From Candidatus Saccharimonadia bacterium (GTDB lineage: Bacteria; Patescibacteriota; Saccharimonadia; Saccharimonadales; Saccharimonadaceae), in contig JALQVV010000079.1 of NCBI GenBank assembly GCA_023260255.1, positions 1 to 48,479 on the forward strand: DNA of 48,479 nt, in the 5' to 3' direction. The position numbers were made by a program, and so were the translations under genes. The notes beneath the pieces were generated by a model that had not been told where the DNA came from, made no database searches, and saw nothing but the letters and a program-made list of their open reading frames with translations. This document shows positions 34,635-42,989 of this stretch, in pieces (the first letter of the stretch is position 1; every line of letters starts with the position of its first letter).

Positions 34635-34874
34635 ATGGTTAAATGTCAGGTTTGCGGATGTAAAACAATATCAGAGCATGGTAGTTATGATATATGTGAA
34701 GTTTGCTTTTGGGAAGATGATGGAGTGTATGAAGATCCTGATGAGGTTTGGCATGGGCCAAATGGCGACTTGAGTCTCACTCAAGCAAGAAAAAACTATC
34801 AAGAATTTGGCGCAGTTGAAAAGAGATTCGTTGATAAAGTTCGTAAGCCGTACTCATCTGAGATTGCTGAATAG
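34635..34874 (+). CDS. Cysteine-rich CPCC-domain protein
   Basis: CQVCGCKTISEHGSYDICEVCFWEDDGV...GPNGDLSLTQARKNY matches the CPCC family. The ATG at 34635 is preferred over the longer track ORF. Confidence 0.8.
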   Translation: MVKCQVCGCKTISEHGSYDICEVCFWEDDGVYEDPDEVWHGPNGDLSLTQARKNYQEFGAVEKRFVDKVRKPYSSEIAE

Positions 34875-34899
34875 TTTCGAAATACATCCACTAGTGAGA

Positions 34900-34940
34900 G
34901 CCATAGAAAACCCCGTCTTGAAGGCGGGTTTTTCTATGGC
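34900..34940. terminator. Long imperfect hairpin, bidirectional-terminator-like
   Basis: GCCATAGAAAACCCCGTC pairs with GGCGGGTTTTTCTATGGC (16 of 18 positions pair), with A/T runs in the stem arms. Confidence 0.65.
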
Positions 34941-35108
34941 CTCTGTTTTAATGTTTATCCAAATTGGTTGGAGCAGTTGATAGTACTAGAACTTAATATT
35001 TTTACGCTCATGTTTGCATTGTAATCAATAAACATCAAAATATGTATAAATGACAGATTCTGGAACCAAGCGAAACTTGGTTTATGAGAAAGGACGTAGG
35101 AGAGAATT

Positions 35109-35411
35109 ATGGAACGGGAAATCATATCAACTAGCGTCGCCAATCTTCCGCCAAGTACGATTGGCGAAATCCAACAGGATCATGAGATTTGGGAGGAAAT
35201 TGATGGTGGTGCAAAGCTAATGGTGACCAGGCACATTTTACCGACACCGAATCGAGACGAACTCATCGCACTGAGCGTGAGCGGTGAGCCAAGTGAGCGC
35301 CAGCGGGTCATTGATGAATTTAGTGAAGTGTTTGGTGAACCCGCGCAGATTGATCAGCAACCCCAAGTACGGAATTATGTGGATATGGTTGCTTGGATTA
35401 AATTAACTTGA
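35109..35411 (+). CDS. Hypothetical protein (100 aa)
   Basis: ORF with a GGAGAG RBS. I recognise no motif. Confidence 0.55.
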   Translation: MEREIISTSVANLPPSTIGEIQQDHEIWEEIDGGAKLMVTRHILPTPNRDELIALSVSGEPSERQRVIDEFSEVFGEPAQIDQQPQVRNYVDMVAWIKLT

Positions 35412-35473
35412 GTCTGATAGTTTCGAGGTGTATCTACTACGCGAGCAAGTACATCGATATCTGACAGTGCGCC

Positions 35474-35502
35474 TATAATTATAATTGACTAGCTAGTCAA
35501 TT
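35474..35502 (+). promoter_or_regulatory. TATAAT -10 box followed by a perfect 20-nt palindrome AATTGACTAGCTAGTCAATT; probable TetR operator
   Basis: TATAAT is at 35474-35479 and the palindrome at 35483-35502, 17 nt upstream of the tetR-family ATG at 35520. Confidence 0.7.
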
Positions 35503-35519
35503 AATGATTTACTGAATAC

Positions 35520-36086
35520 ATGGCTCGACCGAAAAGTAATGACAAAAGGAATAATATACTTGCCGCCTGCAAGGTGGTGATCGCTCGCGATGGACTGAAC
35601 GCTACTACTGCGGATATTGCCAAAGAGGCGGGGATTGCAACCGGATCATTGTTTACGTATTTCCCTACGAAAACGGATCTTTTAAATGAACTATACGTCG
35701 TTTTGAAGACAGAAATGACAGCTGCTCTTACGGACAAATTGTCAGGTAAGAATAATAGAGAAAAGCTGCACAATGGGTGGGCTGCGTGGACGGATTGGGC
35801 GGCTATAAATACGGAAAAACATGTCGTCATCGAGTTATTAAGAAATAGTGATCAGTTGACCAAAGAGTCGCGGGCATTTGGCGATGCAGCAATCAAACCT
35901 GTGTTTGATTTGATTAACGCTAACGTAGTCAAACTAGAAACCAACTATCCAAACGATTTCTTGTACGAACTGATTGACGCGATTTCTATCAAAACCATGG
36001 ATAAGATGGCCGCACGACCAGACAAAGCTGCCGAGTATCGTGAAGCTGGGTTTGAAACCGTATGGAAAATAATAACGAAGGGGTAA
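35520..36086 (+). CDS. TetR/AcrR-family transcriptional regulator
   Basis: The N-terminal HTH is ILAACKVVIARDGLNATTADIAKEAGIATGSLFTYFPTKTDLL. Confidence 0.9.
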   Translation: MARPKSNDKRNNILAACKVVIARDGLNATTADIAKEAGIATGSLFTYFPTKTDLLNELYVVLKTEMTAALTDKLSGKNNREKLHNGWAAWTDWAAINTEKHVVIELLRNSDQLTKESRAFGDAAIKPVFDLINANVVKLETNYPNDFLYELIDAISIKTMDKMAARPDKAAEYREAGFETVWKIITKG

Positions 36087-37003
36087 TGATGAAAAAATGG
36101 ACAACTGCTGACATACCGTCGCTTAAAGGAAAGAACGTGATCATAACGGGCGGCGCTGGAGGTTTGGGTTTCGAAGATGCACTTGCGCTGGCAAAGGCCG
36201 GAGCAACGGTGATCGTTGCTGGGCGCGACGCAGCGAAGGGTGAAACAGCACTTGCGAAAATACGCAGTGATGTGCCTAGTGCAGATGTGAGTTTTGAGTT
36301 GATTGACCTTGCTGATCTTGCGTCGGTCGCATCGTTTAGCGAGCGTATATCGGCCAAACTTGATAAGCTGGATATCCTTATAAACAACGCGGGTGTCATG
36401 ACGCCACCGAACCGTCTGGCAACAAAAGATGGTTTTGAGCTTCAGTTCGGTACTAACTATCTCAGCCACTTCGCCCTTACTGCACACCTGCTGCCGCTTT
36501 TGAAAAAGGCGAAGGGCAGAGTTGTAAGTCTATCAAGCGTTGCAGCACGCGATGGTGCAATCAACTTTGATGATCTTCAGGCTGAAGAGTCCTACAAGCC
36601 AATGCCTGTTTATGCTCAATCAAAAATCGCCTGTTTGATGTTCGCGTTTGAACTGCAAAGGCAGAGTGACAAAAACGGTTGGGGAATCACCAGTATTGCT
36701 GCGCATCCAGGTCTTTCAAGGACAGAACTATTGGTAGGTAAGAGTGACGGCAGAGGTCTGTCGGGCGTTGTAAGGAAGTATGCGTGGTTTCTGTTCCAGC
36801 CGGTTGCTCAGGGCGCATTGCCAACGCTATTTGCTGCAACTTCTCCAAGCGCCGAACTAGGTGGCTATTATGGCCCGCACGCACTCCGCGAGACGCGGGG
36901 TTATCCGCACAAGGCATTCATTCCCAAAAACGCTCTTGATGGTGAGGTATCAAGGCGACTCTGGGATGCTTCTGAAAAACTTGCTCGCGTCAGCTACAAT
37001 TAG
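36086..37003 (+). CDS. SDR-family oxidoreductase
   Basis: ATG at 36086 overlaps the tetR stop (TAATG). It has VIITGGAGGLGFE, NNAG and a Y-x-x-x-K motif (YAQSK). Confidence 0.88.
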   Translation: MMKKWTTADIPSLKGKNVIITGGAGGLGFEDALALAKAGATVIVAGRDAAKGETALAKIRSDVPSADVSFELIDLADLASVASFSERISAKLDKLDILINNAGVMTPPNRLATKDGFELQFGTNYLSHFALTAHLLPLLKKAKGRVVSLSSVAARDGAINFDDLQAEESYKPMPVYAQSKIACLMFAFELQRQSDKNGWGITSIAAHPGLSRTELLVGKSDGRGLSGVVRKYAWFLFQPVAQGALPTLFAATSPSAELGGYYGPHALRETRGYPHKAFIPKNALDGEVSRRLWDASEKLARVSYN

Positions 37004-37048
37004 TGCTCTGTTTGTGACCGATAGGTATAACCACTTTGGTCTATAGAA

Positions 37049-37080
37049 AAAAGAGCCTGGCCATTAGGTCGGGCTCTTTC
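37049..37080. terminator. Bidirectional terminator between convergent genes
   Basis: AAAAGAGCCTGGCC-ATTA-GGTCGGGCTCTTTC, with an A-run before and a T-run after. Confidence 0.7.
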
Positions 37081-37098
37081 GATCTTAAGCACCTTTAG

Positions 37099-37995
37099 CT
37101 ACGGCGTTACCAACGAAACCCTATTAGCGCCGCGCTCAGTCACAATCAGTGAACCTGCTGGGAACGGTGCACGGGCGCGGGCGACACTTGATGGACCAGA
37201 AAGACCGCTAACGCTACCGGTTGCGCGGCCATTTAGGTCATATTTCCGAATCTTGCCACCAAGATAATCTGCGACAAGGATTCCATTATTGTCCACGGCC
37301 ATGTCGTCAAAGTAGGTAAGAGCGCTAAAGATTGTCTTTGCTTTGCCGTGTGATCCGTCGGCGTTGATAGTGGCATGTCTGACAAACATACTATCGGTCC
37401 AATAGATCACGCCATTTGCGTACTTGATGCCATTGGTGAATGTGCCAGCACCATTGAGCCAGACCTCGCTGCGTGCAATCGTGAGCGGGTCCGATGCTGA
37501 TGGTGTGAGGCGCAAAATCCGGTTTAGGAAAGTACTTGCGACATACAAGCGGCCTGAACTATCTGCAGTCAGTCCGTTCGCAAGGATCGTTCCCTTCATG
37601 GTATAAATTCGTTTGAACGTAGGTGTGGCACTGGCAGTGGCTGCATACAGATATGACGTACCATTGGCCGTACAGTTCACATAGATAGTTCCTAGTGCCT
37701 GGACAATTCCTCCAAAGCCGCAACTTTGTTTTGGCGCACGCTCAACGACGGTCACCTTGCTGTTAGTTCCTGGAACGATCTCAAAGATACCGTTGTTGCC
37801 GGTAACGAACAGACGACCATCACTTGTATAAGTTTGATTCTCTGCAGCGGTGACAGAAGCAAGGGTTGTTTTGGCTGTGCTGGTTGCATCGGCTGGCGCC
37901 CAGAACGCGACAACCGCGACTAATACGACTGCAAGTAGAATGATTGGTTTGTGTGTTTTAACGAATTTGGTTATTTTGTTTGTGATTTTGCGCAT
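37099..37995 (-). CDS. Secreted six-bladed beta-propeller protein (SMP-30/gluconolactonase/LRE-like)
   Basis: It has a signal anchor. Repeated motifs include GRLFVTG, GRLYVAS, NGIKYANGVIYWTDS and NNGILVADYLGGKIRKY. Confidence 0.6.
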   Translation of the reverse strand: MRKITNKITKFVKTHKPIILLAVVLVAVVAFWAPADATSTAKTTLASVTAAENQTYTSDGRLFVTGNNGIFEIVPGTNSKVTVVERAPKQSCGFGGIVQALGTIYVNCTANGTSYLYAATASATPTFKRIYTMKGTILANGLTADSSGRLYVASTFLNRILRLTPSASDPLTIARSEVWLNGAGTFTNGIKYANGVIYWTDSMFVRHATINADGSHGKAKTIFSALTYFDDMAVDNNGILVADYLGGKIRKYDLNGRATGSVSGLSGPSSVARARAPFPAGSLIVTERGANRVSLVTP

Positions 37996-38120
37996 TAGTC
38001 AGTCTCCTGATGATATGGGGGAATAATATACTCGCTTATCCCATTTGTCAACCTTAAGAGGTATCAATTAATAAATTTGCAGATCGAACTCAAGAAATTT
38101 AAATTTGTTATGATTATGAA

Positions 38121-38834
38121 ATGACCGATACCGCCTTAAATCTTGTTTCCGCAGTTGCTATCGGATTGATTATCTTTATCATGTCCCTGCTCAAGGCAGG
38201 CTATCTCAAGGCATTGGTGTACAGCCTGCCAATACCTATCACGATTGCTCTTGTCGCCACTGATGGTCATGTAAATGCAACGAATGTTATTGGACTTTTC
38301 ATTCTTTCTATTTTTTTGTGGGCAGTGCATTGGTTGGTCAAACGAGGCACGAACATTTATGTTGCGGATGTTATAGCGTCAGTAGCATACATTATAGTTG
38401 GTTATCTGGCAGTGACGTATATTCATATATCATTTTTTGCCAGTGTACTGGTATATATGGGTGCCTGGCTGGTTTTTGTCATCCTTTACAGACATAGCAC
38501 TGAAGGGAAGATGAAAGTTGCCCCCGCGGTGAAACCAATCATTAAGCTGCCAGTCGTGACTACTTTGGCGTACATTCTCCTCAGTTTGAAATCATATCTT
38601 GCCGGAATTGTCGTAACATTCCCTTTTAGTGGCGTATTCGCAGTTGTTGAAAGTCGTCATACTCTCAAAACACTCGCCGCTGTATTTACCCGTAATTCAA
38701 TCGCTATTTTAGGCTTATTCGTGATGATGTTTTACCTCGATGCAATGAATCTTGGTGTGAGGATACTCATAGGTTGGGTAGCCTATCTTGCTATTCTTTG
38801 GATCGTCACCAGGGTTGTGAAGTACGCACGGTGA
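38121..38834 (+). CDS. Polytopic membrane protein (hypothetical, about 7 TM)
   Basis: 237-aa ORF dominated by hydrophobic helices. Confidence 0.7.
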   Translation: MTDTALNLVSAVAIGLIIFIMSLLKAGYLKALVYSLPIPITIALVATDGHVNATNVIGLFILSIFLWAVHWLVKRGTNIYVADVIASVAYIIVGYLAVTYIHISFFASVLVYMGAWLVFVILYRHSTEGKMKVAPAVKPIIKLPVVTTLAYILLSLKSYLAGIVVTFPFSGVFAVVESRHTLKTLAAVFTRNSIAILGLFVMMFYLDAMNLGVRILIGWVAYLAILWIVTRVVKYAR

Positions 38835-38891
38835 TAGGGTTAAAGTCTCTTGAACGATAAATGGCCAAACTAGTTTTGTTATTATTAGCGT

Positions 38892-39167
38892 ATGGCAACG
38901 ATAGAAAAGAAAATGTGGCCTGACTCATACGAGAAGGTTCTGTCCGGAGAAAAAACATATGATCTCCGACTGGCAGATTGGCATGTCGAGCCAGGGGATA
39001 CGATTCTCTTTCGGGAATGGGACCCGGCAACAGAAGATTACACGGGGCGTCGTATGGAGAAAAAAGTTGGCTATGTCGGGAAAACCAAGGACTGGGAAGT
39101 CTGGCCACAAGAAGATATTGAAAAGTATGGCTACCAAATCATCTCTTTAATAAACAATGAGGAATAA
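38892..39167 (+). CDS. DUF3850/ASCH-like small protein
   Basis: KKMWPDSYEKVLSGEKTYDLRLADWHVEPGDTILFREWD...YTGRRMEKKV matches the DUF3850 pattern. Confidence 0.6.
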   Translation: MATIEKKMWPDSYEKVLSGEKTYDLRLADWHVEPGDTILFREWDPATEDYTGRRMEKKVGYVGKTKDWEVWPQEDIEKYGYQIISLINNEE

Positions 39168-39170
39168 CCT

Positions 39171-39605
39171 ATGAACAAAATGCAATTCCATATTGAAATC
39201 AACGTTCCTAAAGAAAAAGTTTGGGATACTCTATGGCGGGATGAAACATTTCGGGAATGGGCAGGACTTATTGATCCGGGAACTTACCTGGTGGGGGAAC
39301 TGAAAGAGGGTAATGAGGTGCAGTTCATATCTGCAAATGGGTATGGAGTGACAAGCCTTGTTGCAAAGCTTATTGAGGGTGAATATCTGCTATTTCAACA
39401 CCAAGCGGATACACAAGATAGCGGAGAGCGTGAGCGTGAAAAAGAGTGGACTGGGGGCGAGGAAAGCTATTCACTCAGCGAGAAAGATGGCGTGACGACG
39501 CTGACCGTTGTATTCGATATCCCGCCTGAACAAGAAGAGTACTTTGCGGCTAACTACCCTAAAGCATTGGCGCGGCTCAAAGCACTTGCCGAAAGATCCG
39601 AATAA
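39171..39605 (+). CDS. SRPBCC (AHSA1/START-like) domain protein
   Basis: FHIEINVPKEKVWDTLW...TTLTVVFD... is a typical SRPBCC layout. Confidence 0.7.
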   Translation: MNKMQFHIEINVPKEKVWDTLWRDETFREWAGLIDPGTYLVGELKEGNEVQFISANGYGVTSLVAKLIEGEYLLFQHQADTQDSGEREREKEWTGGEESYSLSEKDGVTTLTVVFDIPPEQEEYFAANYPKALARLKALAERSE

Positions 39606-39628
39606 AGTGCTTATGGTATATTAAGCTC

Positions 39629-40393
39629 ATGCATAAAACAATTAACGCAAAATCACTTCGCCTTTATAACATCTTAGCGGGTTTTGTTCACTTAGCACAG
39701 GGCATCGCCATTCTCATTTTGAGCAAGGAATTTCTCTTGCATGTGAGTGGTAGTTTTTTGCAATTTAATCCAACTTCACAAAGTCTCGAACCGGCAACAA
39801 CGACGTTGTTTGACGTTTCATTGCCGTGGCTTGTAGCTGTTTTCTTTTTCTTGTCCGCTATAGCCCATTTTAGTGTTGCGACATTCTACAATAATCAATA
39901 CGTTAAGTTGTTGGCGCAAGGTATCAATAAAGCGCGCTGGATCGAATACGCGTTTTCAGCAAGCATCATGATGGTCGCCATCAGCTTATTAGTGGGCGTG
40001 TATGACTTTATGAGTCTGGTAATGATCTTTGGCCTTGTGGCAATAATGAACCTTATGGGGTTGGCCATGGAAGTCTATAACCAGACGACTCGAAAGACAA
40101 ACTGGCTTAGTTTTTGGATAGGTTGTTTTGCCGGAATAATCCCGTGGATTGTCATTGCCTTTTATATGTGGCTGGGTGCCGACCAAGGCTCGGCAGCACC
40201 AACCTTTGTTTACTGGATTTTTGTGTCGATCTTCCTGTTCTTTAACTGTTTTGCTATCAACATGGTATTGCAGTACAAAAAGGTGGGTCCGTGGAAGAAT
40301 TACTTATACGGTGAGTTTGTATACATTATCTTGAGTTTGGTCGCCAAATCATTGCTTGCATGGCAAGTCTTTGCGGGCACTCTCCGTCCGTAA
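39629..40393 (+). CDS. Heliorhodopsin
   Basis: 254 aa with 7 TM helices and family-diagnostic strings: AGFVHLAQ (His21), LSAIAHF (His80), ARWIEYAFSAS (Glu106, counterion position), FWIGCFAGIIPWIV, FLFFNCFA and YIILSLVAKSLLAWQVFAGTL. The putative Schiff-base Lys240 is at codon 40346-40348. Confidence 0.88.
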   Translation: MHKTINAKSLRLYNILAGFVHLAQGIAILILSKEFLLHVSGSFLQFNPTSQSLEPATTTLFDVSLPWLVAVFFFLSAIAHFSVATFYNNQYVKLLAQGINKARWIEYAFSASIMMVAISLLVGVYDFMSLVMIFGLVAIMNLMGLAMEVYNQTTRKTNWLSFWIGCFAGIIPWIVIAFYMWLGADQGSAAPTFVYWIFVSIFLFFNCFAINMVLQYKKVGPWKNYLYGEFVYIILSLVAKSLLAWQVFAGTLRP

Positions 40394-40445
40394 TCAATAT
40401 AGTTATTAGGTGTTGGTTTCTGCTCCACCCTCGGTTTGGTATCAT

Positions 40446-41009
40446 ATGTATATGGACAAAGCAGCACCGACGATTCATTTTAAGGCCAAGCTCTACACAT
40501 TGAAAAAGTGGACTATTTTGCGCTTGCCAGATAAAGAAAGCCGCATGTTGCCATCGCGCGGGCAAGTAGCGGTAACGGGTACAATCAACGGGCATGAATT
40601 TCAAACGGTACTGGAGCCCGATGGCAATTGGGGGCATTGGATGCGGGTCAATAAGGAGCTGCGGGATATCGCTGGTATTGATGCTGGTGATACTGCTACG
40701 CTCGAGCTGACGCCAACCAAGCAGTGGCCTGAGCCGGTAGTGCCAAAAGATTTTGCAAGAGCGCTCGATACAGCGCCGCAAAAAGTCAAAGACAAATGGC
40801 GTGACATTACACCTATGGCCAGGTGGGAATGGATCCGCTGGGTTGATGCAACGGGCAATATGGATACCCGTGCTGTGCGGATTGAAAAATCAATATCGAA
40901 ATTAAACGGTAGCCATCGCCGCCCTTGTTGCTTTAACCTTGCAGCCTGTACCGATAGGTATCTGTCCAAAAGCGGTCGATTGATGGAGCCCGAACAAGCC
41001 GCCGTATAA
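40446..41009 (+). CDS. YdeI/OmpD-associated family protein (DUF1905 plus YdeI-like domains)
   Basis: WTILRLPDKESRMLPSRGQVAVTGTINGHEFQTVLEPDGNWGHWMRV is DUF1905-like. ITPMARWEWIRWV...TRAVRIEKSISKL is YdeI-like. The start is uncertain (40446 or 40452). Confidence 0.72.
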   Translation: MYMDKAAPTIHFKAKLYTLKKWTILRLPDKESRMLPSRGQVAVTGTINGHEFQTVLEPDGNWGHWMRVNKELRDIAGIDAGDTATLELTPTKQWPEPVVPKDFARALDTAPQKVKDKWRDITPMARWEWIRWVDATGNMDTRAVRIEKSISKLNGSHRRPCCFNLAACTDRYLSKSGRLMEPEQAAV

Positions 41010-41034
41010 ACAAAAATCGCAAGTTTGTTATTAT

Positions 41035-41436
41035 ATGCTTATGGCAAAAAAGAAAATCAGCCGTAAGCAATATATTGGAGTAGTCGCATTTGTCCTATTG
41101 GCTATTGTCGCCATCTTTGCGACGACGGCATTTCTGATAACACGAGGGAGTTATGCGCCGGCCGCAACAAGTAAGCCGGGCGACGTAACAATTACTGGTA
41201 CGATACTTTGCCTGCCCCACAAAGATACGAGTGGCCCGCAAACAATGGAATGTGCGTATGGGCTAAAAGATGAAGCGGGGAATTATTACGGCCTAGGGGA
41301 CAGTGATACAGGGTATAAAAACATCAGTAATGCACCAATGAACACCCAGGTAAAAGTCAGCGGAACACTGAAAAAAGAAACCAGTACAGTATACCCAACT
41401 ATCGGCACTATAGAAGTTACGCGTATCGACCGCTAG
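41035..41436 (+). CDS. Hypothetical membrane-anchored small protein
   Basis: 133 aa with the N-terminal TM IGVVAFVLLAIVAIFATTAFLI. ATG at 41035 or 41041. Confidence 0.65.
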   Translation: MLMAKKKISRKQYIGVVAFVLLAIVAIFATTAFLITRGSYAPAATSKPGDVTITGTILCLPHKDTSGPQTMECAYGLKDEAGNYYGLGDSDTGYKNISNAPMNTQVKVSGTLKKETSTVYPTIGTIEVTRIDR

Positions 41437-41540
41437 AGGTGCATTTTTTACAGCACTTCTCACGATAGTTTTCCGTTACACTAGTGGTATTATCACCAAA
41501 AAATAAAACAGCCGAATAATGCGAGAAAGGCCGGTTATTC

Positions 41541-42554
41541 ATGGACCAAGATATCCTGGCGCCCGAAAAGGCGGACAAAAATGACTATAAGGAAACAGAT
41601 GTATTTGCCTGGGCGAACAACCTGTTGCAGTACAAAGAAGAACTGAAGATTGAGTTGTTTTTACTGAACAAAAACTACATACCGTATCGAACCAATCTGG
41701 CGAATGATCTGCGGTCACAACTCGAACCGCTACTGATCGACGGACTGTTGGAGTATTTGTTCGAAGGTGCCGAAAAGGGCATGATCGTCCGTGGATTTGA
41801 AGAAGCCGAGGCGGAAGCGGGTGTATTGCAGCGTACCCAAGTGTTCAAGGTACCAAACGCTTATGCGACGTTCAGTTGGTTTAAAACTCAAGAACACGAA
41901 ATTGAAACATTTGATGGCAAGGACCATGACTTTTCGCGTATGAAAGGTATTGTTGCCCGCGTCAGTCATCCACAGATGAAACACACTGTCTATATTGCAA
42001 AAGTCCTGCCGCGTTCAAATGTCATGCAGGGTAACGCGGGTTGGATGTTGCGCGGTGGCAAGTTTGTGCCGTTCGACGCTGATGCGGCACTGCGCATCCC
42101 GAGTGACAATCAGCTACTGATTATTGATCAAGACATGTATGTATTCAGCCAGTCACGATTGAAGCAGTTATTTGCCTATGACGCCAAAGAAGCTTCGATT
42201 GCCGCCAAAAAGGTTGCCGAAATCGATGCTAACTTCAAATTATCGTTCCCCGAGGGTCAGTCCCTGCAAACTCTCGTTGAGGGCAAACGTAGTCTGGTCA
42301 AAAAATTGCAAGATGTCCAGGCGGGCCGTATCAAACAGGAAGAGTTGTTGACTCACGCCGAAGATATGGGTATCGAACTAATGCAAGACGACGCCGGCGC
42401 AATTATCATCATGGACGAAAAGGACCTCGGTAAATTCGTTAATTTGCTTAACGATGATTATATGGAATCCGCCCTGACTGGTGAGCGCTATGAAATCCTC
42501 AAAAAACGCCCGCTCAAACCAGATGAGAGTGAACCAGCACCGGCACTAGGATAA
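41541..42554 (+). CDS. KwaB-like (DUF4868) protein
   Basis: 337 aa. The central LRIPSDNQLLIIDQDMYVFSQSRLKQLF and C-terminal FVNLLNDDYMESALTGERYEI resemble the corresponding KwaB/DUF4868 segments, recalled from memory and not HMM-verified. Confidence 0.55.
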   Translation: MDQDILAPEKADKNDYKETDVFAWANNLLQYKEELKIELFLLNKNYIPYRTNLANDLRSQLEPLLIDGLLEYLFEGAEKGMIVRGFEEAEAEAGVLQRTQVFKVPNAYATFSWFKTQEHEIETFDGKDHDFSRMKGIVARVSHPQMKHTVYIAKVLPRSNVMQGNAGWMLRGGKFVPFDADAALRIPSDNQLLIIDQDMYVFSQSRLKQLFAYDAKEASIAAKKVAEIDANFKLSFPEGQSLQTLVEGKRSLVKKLQDVQAGRIKQEELLTHAEDMGIELMQDDAGAIIIMDEKDLGKFVNLLNDDYMESALTGERYEILKKRPLKPDESEPAPALG

Positions 42555-42564
42555 AATAGAATAT

Positions 42565-42912
42565 ATGGCTAAAGAACCAATTGTCCGAGAAGATGACAAT
42601 GAACTGCTGGGTTTTGTCGCTCAGGATACTGCGGGCTGGACTGCACAGACGATTTTTGGCTATGTGTTTGCGAGGGAGACAGATAGGGCTGCAGCCGAGC
42701 GAGCGGTACGCGACGAGGGTCTCAGTATTTTAGCCGGCATGTGCCAATACTACGACAAAGATGACCGAGCCTGGCACCCCTGTAAATTGAAAGAAGTTTA
42801 TGAAACCCGAGTCGTGGTGATCCGAACCAACGCTATGGGCTACGAAGACCCTGACGATTACAAACAAGTCACCATCGTCAACCCGTCTGAGACCACGCTT
42901 GTGCAATCATAA
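42565..42912 (+). CDS. Hypothetical protein (115 aa), co-transcribed with the KwaB-like gene
   Basis: It starts 10 nt after the previous stop. I recognise no motif. Confidence 0.6.
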   Translation: MAKEPIVREDDNELLGFVAQDTAGWTAQTIFGYVFARETDRAAAERAVRDEGLSILAGMCQYYDKDDRAWHPCKLKEVYETRVVVIRTNAMGYEDPDDYKQVTIVNPSETTLVQS

Positions 42913-42989
42913 TTATTTCGCACGGAATGCTCGTTTTTTGTTATCATGGTTATGACAATAAACGTACAGATAGAGATACGGGGAACAAT

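Noticed and set aside
29896-35450. A prophage or an intact integrative element.
   Set aside because: There are no integrase, recombinase, capsid, terminase or conjugation genes. Only an att-like scar and cargo-type genes remain.
35945-36487. ORFs of 136-180 aa antisense to the TetR/SDR junction.
   Set aside because: They overlap two well-supported genes on the opposite strand, and their composition is typical of antisense read-through.
40326-40969. ORFs of 151 aa and 122 aa antisense to the YdeI-like gene.
   Set aside because: They are nested opposite a gene with clear family motifs and have no support of their own.
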